The notes: generated by a model not told the origin, from the sequence alone. Positions 1 to 12,006 are shown, counted from the stretch's first letter. The stretch: 64,000 bases of DNA from an uncultured Chitinophagaceae bacterium (GCA_963819045.1 CAWFUV010000031.1:19941-83940); one strand, 5' to 3'. Made by a program: numbers and translations.

Positions 1-1223
1 GATGATTATTATTCAACCACCAGGTAGCACTTGTCAAGTCTTTAGGTGGCCATGTATCAAATGTCTCCCATTGGTTGCTACCTGTTACAAAGATGGTTGC
101 CTCACCTGCATTGAAGTCTATATTTCCTTTCAGGTAATGGCTGAAGAATTTAAATTCTAATTGCTGAAACTTTGTATTCAAATCCTGACCAAAACTATAG
201 CCTGCAAAACGTTCCCATCTGCGCGCTTCCCAGGCTCCATGCGTCCACGGACGCCATTACGAGAAAGTTTTGATTGTTAGGGTTTTGTTGCTCAATAGCT
301 TTGTATGTATTCAATGCACCAAACATATCTTCCGCATCAAACCAACCACCTACTTCAAGGGTAGCAGGCTTTACATCTTTCAGGTGCGGACGAATATTTC
401 TTGCCTGCCAATATTCATCTTTAGTGTTATGCTCCAGATATTCATTCCATATTTTGGCCTTATTATGAAAATACAGATCATTGAAGTGGTGGAGTGCGCC
501 TGTCTTTAAATAAAAATCATACACATCAGTAATGTTGAGCGTAGAATCTACAGGTGGATTTTCTTCTCTTGGTCCACTCCTCGGCGCATCAAAAAAGTTC
601 TCGAAACTAAAGTTATCCATCAGGAAGAAAGCACCCCGGTGGTACGCATCATCTCCTTCAAACTCATCTGTTACAGGAGCCTGGGGCGATACAGCTTTAA
701 TAGCCGGATGTGCATCTGGCAAAGAAGCAGACGCATAAAAGCCCGGATAAGAAATACCATAAATACCCACCTTACCATTATTATGGCTGATGTTCTTCAG
801 CAGCCAATCCACTGTATCATATGTATCGCTGCTTTCGTCCACCTGCGTACTGTCTTTCTTATTATCAATAGCAGGCGTCATCTCTTTAAATTGCCCTTCA
901 CTCATATGTCTTCCACGTACATCCTGGTAAACAAAGATGTACTGATCTCGGAGGAACAACCGGTTAGGACCAAGGCGCACCTTATAATTATTTTCTCCAT
1001 AAGGGGCTACCGAATAAGGTGTACGCTGTAGTAAAAAAGGATATTGTTGTGTAGTGTCTTTAGGAATATAAATACTGGTAAACAACTTCACACCATCACG
1101 CATTGCAATGCGGGTTTCTTTCTTAGTATAATGATCCCGTATATACGCTGAATCTTCGGCAAAAGACTGAGCAAAAGCCTCTAAACCAAGTAAAATGGAG
1201 CAAATAACTAACAGGTATTTCAT
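1..1223 (-). CDS. CocE/NonD family serine hydrolase (glutaryl-7-ACA acylase-like); frameshift near 250, runs off the window
   Basis: Signal peptide, RTPY, DVRG and GISYPG motifs; the shifted frame continues PWTHGAW...TGSNQWETFDTWPP. Confidence 0.9.
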
Positions 1224-1290
1224 GCTGCTAAAGATAACAACCTATAGAGAAAAATATAAAGACTATCTGGGAATACATTATTCCTTCTCT

Positions 1291-1298
1291 TACATTTG
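1291..1298 (+). promoter_or_regulatory. Bacteroidota -7 promoter element
   Basis: TACATTTG matches TAnnTTTG, 5 nt before the ATG at 1304. Confidence 0.5.
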
Positions 1299-1303
1299 AC
1301 TCC

Positions 1304-1696
1304 ATGAACACACCCCTACAGGCAATACATCATATAGCTATCATTTGCTCCAATTACGAAACTTCAAAACGTTTCTATACCGAAGTATTAGGATTGAGTA
1401 TCATTCGGGAAGTCTACCGGGAAAGCCGGCAATCCTACAAGCTCGATCTGGCTATTGGCGACCACTACGTAATAGAATTGTTTTCCTTTCCGCAACCACC
1501 CCAACGTCCTTCCAAACCAGAAGCCCAGGGATTAAGACACCTCGCTTTTGCTGTAGCCAACTTAGATGCTGCTGTTCAGCACCTCAACTCTAAAGGAGTG
1601 GAAACAGAACCCATAAGGGTGGATGAATACACCGGTAAACGTTTTACCTTCTTCCAGGATCCTGATGTACTGCCGTTGGAGCTATACGAAGTTTAA
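1304..1696 (+). CDS. VOC/glyoxalase family protein (YaeR-like)
   Basis: IHHIAIICSNY...SKRFY, GLRHLAF and FTFFQDPD motifs. Confidence 0.9.
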   Translation: MNTPLQAIHHIAIICSNYETSKRFYTEVLGLSIIREVYRESRQSYKLDLAIGDHYVIELFSFPQPPQRPSKPEAQGLRHLAFAVANLDAAVQHLNSKGVETEPIRVDEYTGKRFTFFQDPDVLPLELYEV

Positions 1697-1863
1697 TGAA
1701 GCCATCCAAGTAATTATCTGACAAATACAGGTTCCCTTTTCATTTCTATATAAAGGGACCTTGGTAAGATTGTTGAACAGTTCTTTCCCTGGCAATAGTT
1801 ATTAAAGCAATTGATAATCAATAATAAATTATCTTATTGTAAACTGAACGAAAATTCACAACC

Positions 1864-3099
1864 TTGGAAATATACAATCTTATTACTATCATAGTAATAA
1901 TAACTGCTGTTTTTGGCTATATCAACTTTAGATTTATAAAGTTGCCGTCTACTATTGGCATTATGCTTATATCAGTAATTACCTCTTTAATAGTGATTGG
2001 CATAGGCTATTTACATCCTACACTCTTCCATAATGTTAAATTTATAATCAGGAATATCAACTTTTACACTGCACTCATGCAGGTGATGCTTGGCTTTTTG
2101 TTGTTTGCTGGTTCTATGCACATTGATATAAAAAAACTTCAGAAAGAAAGAGCTTCAGTCATCACTTTCGCTACAGTTGGGGTTATACTCTCTACTTTCA
2201 TTATTGGCATACTGATGTATCTGGTAACCGGCTGGTTCGGTATCCAAATTGATTTTCTTCCTTGTCTACTCTTTGGTGCTTTAATTTCTCCAACCGACCC
2301 AATTGCAGTATTAGGTATCCTCAAACAGGCCAACATCCCCCAATCGCTCGAAACGAAAATAACAGGCGAGAGTTTATTTAATGATGGTGTTGCTGTAGTA
2401 GTGTTTACTACTATCACTGAAGTAATGAGAATTGGTATTAGCAATGTATCTGCAGGCAGCATAATCTTGCTTTTTTTAAAAGAAGCGTGCGGCGGTGTTG
2501 CTTTTGGATTACTGTTGGGGTACACAGGTTTTTTAGCACTAAAATCCATAGATAATTACACCATTGAAGTATTGATTACACTGGCAATAGTGATGGGAGG
2601 CTATTCCCTCGCCAATTACCTGCACATCAGTGGTCCGCTGGCTATTGTAGCCGCAGGTATTGTAACCGGCAATCAAAGTCTCGAATATGGCACATCAGAT
2701 ATTACACGTGATTATATGACTAAGTTTTGGGAGATGATTGATGAGGTAATGAATGCCATATTGTTCTTATTGATTGGCTTTGAAATGCTTGTGATTCCTT
2801 TTACCAAATCACTGGTATGGTTAGGCTGTGCAGCCATACTTATTGTATTAGCTGCGCGCTTCCTCTCTGTAGCACTGCCTATAGCAATATTAAAACAAAG
2901 AAGGGCCTTCGAAAGAAATGCTATCGCTATATTAACCTGGGGCGGCCTACGGGGCGGTATTTCTGTAGCATTGGCATTATCGCTACCGTATAATGAGACT
3001 AACCGTGTGTTTGTATCAGTAACGTACTTTGTTGTTTTATTTTCCATATTGGTGCAAGGCTTAACAATTGGCAAAGTTGTAAAAAGGCTTGCTGCATAA
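1864..3099 (+). CDS. nhaP: CPA1 family Na+/H+ antiporter
   Basis: ISPTDPIAV, GESLFNDG and WGGLRG motifs; many TM helices. Confidence 0.9.
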   Translation: MEIYNLITIIVIITAVFGYINFRFIKLPSTIGIMLISVITSLIVIGIGYLHPTLFHNVKFIIRNINFYTALMQVMLGFLLFAGSMHIDIKKLQKERASVITFATVGVILSTFIIGILMYLVTGWFGIQIDFLPCLLFGALISPTDPIAVLGILKQANIPQSLETKITGESLFNDGVAVVVFTTITEVMRIGISNVSAGSIILLFLKEACGGVAFGLLLGYTGFLALKSIDNYTIEVLITLAIVMGGYSLANYLHISGPLAIVAAGIVTGNQSLEYGTSDITRDYMTKFWEMIDEVMNAILFLLIGFEMLVIPFTKSLVWLGCAAILIVLAARFLSVALPIAILKQRRAFERNAIAILTWGGLRGGISVALALSLPYNETNRVFVSVTYFVVLFSILVQGLTIGKVVKRLAA

Positions 3100-3278
3100 T
3101 AGGCGAATATCCTGCTACAATCAATTTAATATCACTACCCGGGTTATTGCACTACTCTCCTATCCTTACGTCCTTCTGCTTAATCATCATACTATTTCTA
3201 ATATCATCAGATAATATTCAGCGGGTAGTCATTAGCAGGTAGTCACCTGCATGTATTTTTTGGGTAAAAAATTACCTG

Positions 3279-3333
3279 CTTCCTCCGTACCTCCTCCGTA
3301 TCTGAGCCGTATCAAAGCCGTTCATCCTACGTC
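3279..3333 (+). repeat. 11-bp-periodic mini-array (type C)
   Basis: cttcctccgta|cctcctccgta|tctgagccgta|tcaaagccgtt|catcctacgtc. Confidence 0.8.
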
Positions 3334-3509
3334 TTATTCTGTGTAAGTGGGGGTAAAAAATAGGGGTAAAGAGTAGTCTTTGTATCAGAGCCGGTATGCA
3401 CAGAGAGATAGTGTAAATATACAGGTGAAGTTGCTTGGCAAATCTATTTAACTGTTCCCTCTCATGATTTTCTATGATGAATACAACAAGGTATTAGTAT
3501 AAGCATAGT

Positions 3510-3590
3510 ATTACAGAATACTGAATGTAGTGAAATCCCAAACCATTAACTATAAACTTGTAAGCTCTTCTCCTTCTGTCAACTGTCATC
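3510..3590 (+). repeat. 81-bp direct repeat, copy 1
   Basis: 75/81 identical to 4904-4984 by manual alignment. Confidence 0.9.
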
Positions 3591-4655
3591 TGTCATCTTA
3601 CTCCCCACCTGGTGAAGGAAATATTTTGAATGGACATCAATCACACTGAACAACTCCAGTTCTGTTTCCTTACCACGAAGTGTTACAGCAGCTATCCTTT
3701 CCCATTGGAAGCCATTCATTTGTTGGAGCCTGTTCATAAGAATGCCGGAAATAAGGCAGTTCCGCTGATATTTATTGCATTCATTCTGAATTCTTGATGT
3801 CGTATTTAGCACATCACCATTATATACGATCTCCCTTTTCAGATCACCTATCTGGGCACTTACCACTTTTCCAAAATGCAGCCCAGCCTTAAACTCCGGC
3901 TTTACTCCAAATTCCTTGATGTAATTATCACCGTTGCTGACAAGGCTTTCCTGGAACATGAAAAAAGCCTTCAGGCAATTCGAATTCTCAAGGCCATGCC
4001 CCATCTCCCATGTAAGAATTACCTCGTCGCCAACATATTGGTAGATTTCTGCTTTTGTTTGAAGTACCGGTTGTGAAATCTCGTGGAAGAGCTCATTCAG
4101 TAATGTGTAGAACCGTACATGCCCCAGTTGCTCTGCAATCGTTGTTGATGATTTCATATCAAGGAACATGAAGATACGTTCCTCCTCCCTGGGTTTATGG
4201 TATTTGCCAAGAATGAACTTCCATAAAATTCCTTCTCCAAGCAGATGGTTGATTTGCAGGAGGAATATAACCATACCGTAAATTATAAGCGTATAAACTA
4301 CTAATACCAGGTGTTCCAGAGATACCAGGTAGGGCGGCAGTTCACTCATTTTACTCCCTGCAAACAAACCGATTATGATTGTTAAGACAACAGTAACTAC
4401 GTAAATAATGGCGGTGTACAATACAGTTTTGAATAGGAGAATTTTTGTAAATGACCATTGCCGGAAGTGCATTTCAGCTAATGGAAGCAGAAATAACTCC
4501 AGCAGGCAAAAGACTAAGCCTAAGGGGAATCCAATCAACACACTATTATAATCGAGGTAGTTTGCGTTAATGAGTTGATACATCACCCCGGCAAGGCATG
4601 TAAATAAGCAGATCAATGCCGAAGTTTTGAACTTTCTAACAAGGTTAGGTTGCAT
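3579..4655 (-). CDS. Membrane-anchored class III adenylate/guanylate cyclase
   Basis: N-terminal TM helices; FMFLDMKSST, YVGDE, GLHFG, GDVLNTTSRI and LRGK motifs. Confidence 0.9.
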   Translation of the reverse strand: MQPNLVRKFKTSALICLFTCLAGVMYQLINANYLDYNSVLIGFPLGLVFCLLELFLLPLAEMHFRQWSFTKILLFKTVLYTAIIYVVTVVLTIIIGLFAGSKMSELPPYLVSLEHLVLVVYTLIIYGMVIFLLQINHLLGEGILWKFILGKYHKPREEERIFMFLDMKSSTTIAEQLGHVRFYTLLNELFHEISQPVLQTKAEIYQYVGDEVILTWEMGHGLENSNCLKAFFMFQESLVSNGDNYIKEFGVKPEFKAGLHFGKVVSAQIGDLKREIVYNGDVLNTTSRIQNECNKYQRNCLISGILMNRLQQMNGFQWERIAAVTLRGKETELELFSVIDVHSKYFLHQVGSKMTDDS

Positions 4656-4903
4656 ATGGGGAAAATTATATAATTAGAAAATTATCATATCCTCCAGAGG
4701 TATCCATTCTCTTTGCTATAAAACTATCCAGCTTAAGGTTCTGACTATTGTTCAAAGTGCTTGCAATGTGGCGGCATTGGCAGCCCTAAATCCTATTTAG
4801 GTTTTAAAGCTAAACAAATTATTCTATCATTCACAGCTGTTAGCTCATCCAATATTTTGTACAGCACATGTTATCCTAACTTATTATCTGGATGAAGATA
4901 CCC

Positions 4904-4984
4904 ATTACAGAATAGTGGATGTAGTGAAATCCCAAACCATTAACTATAAACTTGTAAGTGCTTCTCCTTCTGTCATCTATCATC
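4904..4984 (+). repeat. 81-bp direct repeat, copy 2
   Basis: Matches 3510-3590. Confidence 0.9.
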
Positions 4985-5016
4985 CGCCAATTTTCATCCT
5001 GAGTTGAAATGCACTT

Positions 5017-5409
5017 TTATTTACACTTCAATTCCAACTTAATACTGTCAAGCTGCTCTTGTAAAATTTCTGTTTGAAATGGAGTTGAAACAATTGAATC
5101 ACCATTAGCCACTGGCATAAAGAACTTTCTTTTACTCCCTTTCGTTATATTTAAAAGTATTAATGAGGCGAAAGTTGTATCCCCTATAACTTGTTCTTTA
5201 TTTGCTTCAATATAGGAGATTTGCTCACATGGAGTTGTAGTATTAATGAAGTGTACAACTTCTGATAGATTATTCAGGTCTAATGCCGTACTCATTTTCC
5301 TGGAACTGCTACAACTGGTTGTATAAGTAAAACCTATAAATAAAAACAGTAAAGCCTTTAAAGTCATTGATAATAGGTTTAAATCAATTGCAATGTTCTG
5401 CATTCCCAT
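5017..5409 (-). CDS. Hypothetical lipoprotein (true start probably at MTLKAL)
   Basis: Hydrophobic stretch followed by TTSC. Confidence 0.5.
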   Translation of the reverse strand: MGMQNIAIDLNLLSMTLKALLFLFIGFTYTTSCSSSRKMSTALDLNNLSEVVHFINTTTPCEQISYIEANKEQVIGDTTFASLILLNITKGSKRKFFMPVANGDSIVSTPFQTEILQEQLDSIKLELKCK

Positions 5410-5700
5410 ACATCTTGTTTTCTATTGGCTGAGCATATATGCTACAGTCGTTACTGCAGCAAACTAAGTACGTTGTCTATTAAATTACTTCAGATTTCTG
5501 CGGGGCTGTTTCTGTCCCGGCTGGAGCCACTACTTCTAAACGTATTAAGTAAGCCATGTACTACACCCCACCTTCCGTTTCCCTTAAGTAAGGGTACGCA
5601 GTCTGCCACCCGATGCCGAAGGCTACGCCCCAAACACTACTGTATCCATCACTTTACACCCGCACTCTTGTTAGCCAAACACTACACTCAGTAATAAAGA

Positions 5701-6457
5701 TGCACCTTAGGCAATGTGGAGGCGCTGGCCCGGCAAACACGAAGTCTCATCGAGTCCATTAAAAAACAAACAATAACGAGATAAACTCGCGGAGCGATCG
5801 GGTTTGCCTTGAACTATCGAAGCGATCTCATGAATACCATTGAATAAACATTGATTCATTCATATTTTTTGGTTACTTTTTGATCAAGCAAAAAGTAACA
5901 AACAACCACTTGCTGTCAGCAAGTACACCTACAATAACTAAACTGTATCCAGCATTTAAAACAGGTTGCACTATCCTAAATGTATTTAGTTGACACTGTA
6001 CTAAGTACCCTGTTACATAAATTATAAAAGTTTCGGTTAAATATCCTACTGATCTAACCTGCAATGAGCTACGTATCCACCTTTCCAATCGCTGCTAAGT
6101 ATGCCTCCGCTGTTCTAAGTGTAAGGCCAAAGGCAACCAACCTTATCATCAACTACCTGTCACATAACAAGTAGCACCATGTTAGCCCAACAGAACATAC
6201 AACCATGATGCTGCACTTAAGGCAATGGGGCGGCGCTGGCCTGCACGAGCGATCACTGAGCGAATAGGAAGCATCTCAGAAGATGCACGGAACGATCATG
6301 CCGTGCTTGAACTTTTTTGTTTCTTTTTTCTTTCAAGAGAAAAAAGAAAGACTAGATCTATCTGTAAAAACTTGTACTTAAAACATCTGCTGTGTTCACA
6401 GCACCCAAATAGACTTGTTCTAAACTAAAACATAGTTATGTAACACTGTACTAAGTA
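5701..6457 (+). repeat. Two degenerate copies of a non-coding element ending in a T-rich/A-rich hairpin
   Basis: 5701-5730 vs 6212-6241 match 26/30; hairpins at 5872-5899 and 6320-6349; acactgtactaagta at 5993 and 6443. Confidence 0.7.
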
Positions 6458-6487
6458 TTGTCCGCATACTTATATTCATTATTAAAT

Positions 6488-6856
6488 TTAATTCCATTGT
6501 TGTATAATCACACAGACATCTGTTTTATCTCTCAAAGCAAATTCTTTAGCCCCCCAGGGTCGAAGTGTAATGGTCTTTAAATTTGGATGCAGGAATTGCG
6601 GATGTGTCTGGGCAACTTTAGCATAAGCATCTTCAATGTTGTCCGTGTGAAGTCTTATTTCCGGTCGGTCTTTGTCAGCAAATTCTTTATTTTGAAACAG
6701 GAATACAGACAACATATCCTTTTGAACTACACAACATGGATTTTCCGAATCAAAATCACTGTAGCCAACACTAAACTCTAAGCAGTCAACAAAAAGATTA
6801 AGTCCATCTTGAAGGTCTTCATAGAAAACGTTAGGAACCAATTTTGTAAATTTCAT
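6488..6856 (-). CDS. Glyoxalase/bleomycin-resistance-like protein
   Basis: LVPNVFY...FVDCLEF and RPWGAKEFALRD, a VOC-fold pattern. Confidence 0.75.
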   Translation of the reverse strand: MKFTKLVPNVFYEDLQDGLNLFVDCLEFSVGYSDFDSENPCCVVQKDMLSVFLFQNKEFADKDRPEIRLHTDNIEDAYAKVAQTHPQFLHPNLKTITLRPWGAKEFALRDKTDVCVIIQQWN

Positions 6857-7060
6857 AAAATGTTTTCTTTTCGATTATATAAGGCTGTAAAAAAGTCACA
6901 ATAATATTATCGTAAAATGGAAAGAAATTAAACCAAACCTTTACCTTGTTTACTCAAAACGTGCTGCTGTTTTCTTCTCCGTATGTCTCCTTCAATGGCT
7001 TCATGTTGTAACTGTTACAAAGCACCGGTGAAATCATTGTTAGTAGTTGTCGTTTTTCCG

Positions 7061-7492
7061 TTAATCCCTTGCGGCATTTCGTTTTAGTTGTTGTTCGGTC
7101 CACTCGTAGTATCGTTTATCCTTGAAGTCAAACCATATTTGCCTGTGCTCGCCTGAGTTGTCAATTACAAACTTAAATTCTTTAAACGGATGTTTTTTAC
7201 TTAACGCATTATATAGTTTGCTTTGCAGCCTTTTATCGGATACTTGATCAGCAAAATCTTCCATTACTTGAAAAGAGTCCCTGCTTTCCATTGCTTCTAC
7301 TTCGCAATAGTCCATAAAATGCTCATCTAGCTTATCAAGTTGGTCCTGCCAGGCTGAAGTATCAATATCGTAAAGCTTTAACTCATTTGGCACAAAAACC
7401 AATTCGCCTGTTTGCTTGTGGTAAAAGGCTCTGAAGCCCAGCCCCAGTTGTCCAGCAATTTCTTTGATCTGTTGTTTCGTAAATGTCGGCAT
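7061..7492 (-). CDS. UPF0158 family protein
   Basis: FQVMEDFA, ALSKKHPFKEFK and WFDFK motifs; start set at MPTF. Confidence 0.75.
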   Translation of the reverse strand: MPTFTKQQIKEIAGQLGLGFRAFYHKQTGELVFVPNELKLYDIDTSAWQDQLDKLDEHFMDYCEVEAMESRDSFQVMEDFADQVSDKRLQSKLYNALSKKHPFKEFKFVIDNSGEHRQIWFDFKDKRYYEWTEQQLKRNAARD

Positions 7493-7740
7493 ATTATGTT
7501 GAACTGTTAACAGATATAAATCTAATGCATTTCTCACTCGATTTCGATGCGTTTGTGAATTGTTTCGTGTTGAAACGTTGTCATGTTCATACAGGTATTA
7601 GCCCAGTGCACCTCGAAGTAAATGATAAAGGCATACCCTGCCAACTGCTCTGCCGATACAACAGATGCCTGCAAACTGGTATTTATACTATTTTCTGTTG
7701 GGTAGTATTATATGCACTCCCCAAAACTTACAGCTCATTA

Positions 7741-8110
7741 CCGGCAACTGGCAACCGGTAACTGGTATCATGCTACCTATTTAAATCTGGTATTATTAAC
7801 AGATACCTGCCTGAATCGGGGTACTAAAGCAAGCCTCCTTCTCTCCTTCCCCATGCTAAAGTCATAGTAAAGCCATACTAAAGTCATGGATAGTTCATGG
7901 AAAGTGGTGCTAAACCTTGGCTCTTCCATATTAAAGATAAATCAGAGCCTATCTATCATCTCTCATCTTTCAACTAGCATCTTGGTACCTCCTCCTTATC
8001 TAAGCCGTATCTGAGCCGTATATCCTACGTTCATCTTACGTTCATCCTTCGATCATCCTACGTCTTTGTTATTATAGTTGGGGTTAAAAGCAGGGGTTAA
8101 AAAGTGGTCT
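7741..8110 (+). repeat. Composite intergenic element: 7-mer leader, conserved motif, 11-bp array B (7851-7905), 11-bp array C (7988-8064)
   Basis: Leader 48/52 identical to 26889-26940; same module order there. Confidence 0.85.
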
Positions 8111-8395
8111 ACGACAGCAGTTAGTGTCATCATTTGTATATAGAAACATCACTCACCTTTTATATTATGTGCCCAACCTATGCCCCTATGATCCTATGTG
8201 GTGAAGAGGCTGTAAATATACGTTGGTGCTATTTCTCCTTAATCTTAATTCGTAAATCTTATATCGTAAATCAAACTCCACACCTGCCTGGCCGACAGGC
8301 AAGGTCGTACATCGTACATCTAACATCGTATATTCTCAATAATATAGTACCGAAAATTATTACTTTACAATAATCCATCTCATCAAATCTTTACA

Positions 8396-8403
8396 TACGT
8401 TTG
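8396..8403 (+). promoter_or_regulatory. -7 promoter element
   Basis: TACGTTTG (TAnnTTTG) upstream of 8442. Confidence 0.5.
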
Positions 8404-8441
8404 CACATACAGTTTTCACAAACAATTATTTCTACGATTCT

Positions 8442-11400
8442 ATGCTAATGAAATCATTCTTTCGTTTGATGCTTGTCCTTTTATCTGCAGCTATATTAGA
8501 TAGTTGCAACCACAGAGAAGGCGAGCCAAGAGTACTGGTATTTACAAAAACAGCCGGTTTCCATCACAGTTCTATCCCCAATGGTGTGGACGCCATTATA
8601 AAACTCGGGGCTCAGAACCACTTCCAGGTAGACACTACTTCCGATGCTTCCATGATCACGGAAGATACCCTGAAGAAATATTCAGCCCTTGTATTTATGC
8701 ATACTACCGGCAATTTATTGAATGCACAAGAGCAGTCCGATCTGGAGCGCTACATACAGGCGGGTGGCGGCTTTGTAGGCATACATGCCGCTGCCGATGC
8801 CAATTACGACTGGCACTGGTATGGCAGGCTGGTAGGCGGTTACTTCAATGGGCACCCTCAGCAGCAGGAGGCGGTACTCCATGTAGTGGACAAAGACACT
8901 ACGATGACCGGCAACATACCTGCTGAATGGAAAAGAAAAGACGAATGGTATAACTATAAAAGCCTGGACAGCGACCTGCACGTGCTGGTAACCATTGATG
9001 AAAAAGTCCTATACCGGCGGTACCAACGGTGCTAACCACCCCATGGCATGGTACCACGACTTTGATGGTGGACGTTCCTGGTACACCGAACTGGGACATA
9101 CCGAAGAGTCGTTCACCGACCCTGCTTATCTAAGCCATATTATGGCTGGTATCAGGTATGCAATGGGTGATAACAAGGCACTCAACTATTCCAAAGCCAC
9201 CACCTTAAGAGCACCCGAGGAAGATCGCTTTACCAAAACACAACTGGTGCAGGCTACCTTCTTCGAACCTACCGAAATGGCTATTCTGCCCAGCCTGGAT
9301 ATTTTGGTAGCTCAACGCCGCGGCGAACTGATGTTGTATAAAAGCAACACCAACAGCGTAAAGCAGGCAGGCTTTTTCGATGTGTATTACAAAACACAGC
9401 ATACACCGGGCGTTAACTCCGAAGAAGGGTTGCTGGGCATCCAGGCTGACCCCGACTTTGCGCACAATCACTATGTGTACATCTACTATAGCCCGATGGA
9501 CTCTTCAGTAGACCGCTTGTCAAGGTTTACATTCGAAAATGACACTTTAGATCATAAGACCAGAGAAAGTGGTTTTGGAGGTAAAAACTACACGCGAAAT
9601 TTGTTGTCATACCGGCGGTTCTATTGCTTTCGGTAAAGATGATGAGTTGTTCCTTTCTGCCGGCGACAACTCCACGCCATTTGATGAACCAGGTAATCCT
9701 CCCTACAATACACACTCTTATGGTCCATTGGATGACCGTCCCGGGCATGAACAATTTGATTCACGCCGTGGTGCCGGTAATACCAATGATTTAAGAGGAA
9801 AGATCCTGCGTATCAAGATCAATAAAGACGGTACCTATGGCATTCCTGAAGGTAACCTGTTCCCTAAAGGCACTGATAAAACCCGCCCTGAGATCTATGT
9901 AATGGGTGACCGTAATCCATACCGTATCTCAGTAGATAAGAAGAATGGCTATTTGTATTGGGGCGAAGTAGGTCCGGATGCACGTGCCGATAGCATGGAT
10001 ACCCGTGGCCCCCGCGGTTATGACGAGTTAAACCAGGCAAAGAAAGCAGGCAATTTTGGCTGGCCTTACTTTGTAGGCAACAACTATCCTTATCATGAGT
10101 ACGATTATGCTACAGGTAAGTCAGGACCTGCATTTGACCCGCAGCACCCGGTAAACAATTCCCGCAATAATACCGGCTTGCAAGATCTGCCAGCATTGAG
10201 CCCTGCTTTCATCTGGTATCCTTATGATGAATCTGCCGAGTTCCCCTCCGTAGGAAGTGGTGGCAGAACCGCGATGGCAGGTCCTGCATATTATTCCGAT
10301 ATGTATCCGGAGAAAACACGTTATCCTGATTACTACAATAAAAAGGTTTTTATCTACGAATGGATGCGCGGCTGGATAAAGGCGGTATCACTCACGCCCA
10401 ACGGAGACTTTGACAGGCTGGAGCCCTTTATGGAACATACTAAATTTAATGAACCTATAGATATGGAGATGGGACCCGATGGCAGGCTGTACATACTGGA
10501 GTATGGCAGTGGCTGGTTCCAGAGAAACCAGGATGCGGGGCTGGCGCGTATTGATTACAATAGTGGCAACCGTCCGCCGGTAATTGCTGCGGTACAGGTT
10601 GATAAAACAGCCGGTGCGCTGCCCTTTAAAGGAAAAGCCACTGCAGAGGTAAAAGATCCCGATCATGATCCAGTCACTTACAAATGGACATTGGGTAATG
10701 GCAATGTGGTAGAGACTAAAACTCCATCTGTAGATTTCAACTTCACCACAGCAGGGGATTACAATATACAGTTAGAAGCAAAAGATGATAAAGGTGCAAC
10801 CACTAAGAGTAATGTGGTATCGGTATATGCGGGTAATGAAATACCAGATGTAGCCATCCAGCTTGGTGGTAACAAATCCTTCTACCTGCCAGGAAAACCG
10901 GTGCCATATAGCGTTAAAGTACAGGATAAAGGTGCCCAAAATGCTGCCAACCTGTATGTATCAGCCAACTTTGTAGAAGGCTTTGACCGTGCAGGAAACA
11001 ACAATATGGGCATGGGCAATACGATGGCGGGCAAGAACCTGGCGTTCTCTATGGATTGTAAGACCTGCCACAAAGAAGCAGAAAAATCTATTGGCCCCGC
11101 TTTCATACAGGTAGCTCAGAAGTATGATAAAGACCCGAACGCCATGAACTACCTGATCAACAAAATAAAGAAAGGCGGCGCCGGTGTATGGGGCGACCAG
11201 GCCATGCCTGCACACCCCAATACCTCAGATGCTGATTTGAAAACAATTGTCACCTATGTATTGTCTTTAAGCAAGAAAGAGACGATCCAGAAGTCCTTAC
11301 CTTCTTCCGGCACTGTTACCCCACCGGCTGATGCAAAGGGCAGCCAGACGCTGGTAATTGCTGCCAGTTATACCAATACACCTGCCAGCAATCTGAAGGC

Positions 11401-11854
11401 ACTTACCGGTAGCAAGATAATTGCACTGCCAAGCAGTACAGTCAGGTTTACGGGTAAAGAGAAATTGCAGGGCTTTACAACTTTCAATTACAACAGTAAT
11501 CAGATGATGATCCTGCCGAAACAAAAAGGATGGTTTGCCATGGATAGTATTGACCTGAGTGGGGTATCTGCTATCAACTTGGTGGGTGGCTACCAAAAGA
11601 CCTTCCCAACTGATTATACGGTGGAGGTAAGAGAGGATAATGAAAACGGTAAAGTGCTTGGTACCGGTACATTAGCCCCCGATAAGACCGGAGGAGGAGG
11701 CGCGAAAAGTAGCCTTCCAATGAATACAGCGTCAGCGCACCTTACTGTACAGCCTGTAACAGATGGAGCTTTCCATACCTTGTACTTTGTATTTACACCA
11801 AAGACAAATAATGCAGAAGGCACCGGAGCTATTATGAACGTACAGTTTAGGTAA
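8442..11854 (+). CDS. ThuA + PQQ-type sugar dehydrogenase + PKD + cytochrome c + carbohydrate-binding fusion lipoprotein; frameshifts near 9000 and 9565
   Basis: Three consecutive ORFs join: FTKTAGFHH...GGGFVGIH (ThuA), CCHTGG and RNPYR (GSDH), CKTCH heme motif. Confidence 0.85.
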
Positions 11855-11874
11855 GCCTAAGTATATACGTAACC

Positions 11875-11907
11875 GAGGCTGTCTCAAATCAGAGACAGCC
11901 TCTTTTT
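11875..11907 (+). terminator. Intrinsic terminator
   Basis: gaggctgtctc / gagacagcctc stem followed by T-tract. Confidence 0.85.
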
Positions 11908-12006
11908 ATTAATATACCTGATAAGAAGTATATTCGTTTAAGCAATTCTCAGCGCTTTCATTTTACTTTTAATACAGTCTCAGTGTAACAACCATAAGAA
12001 GAGTAT

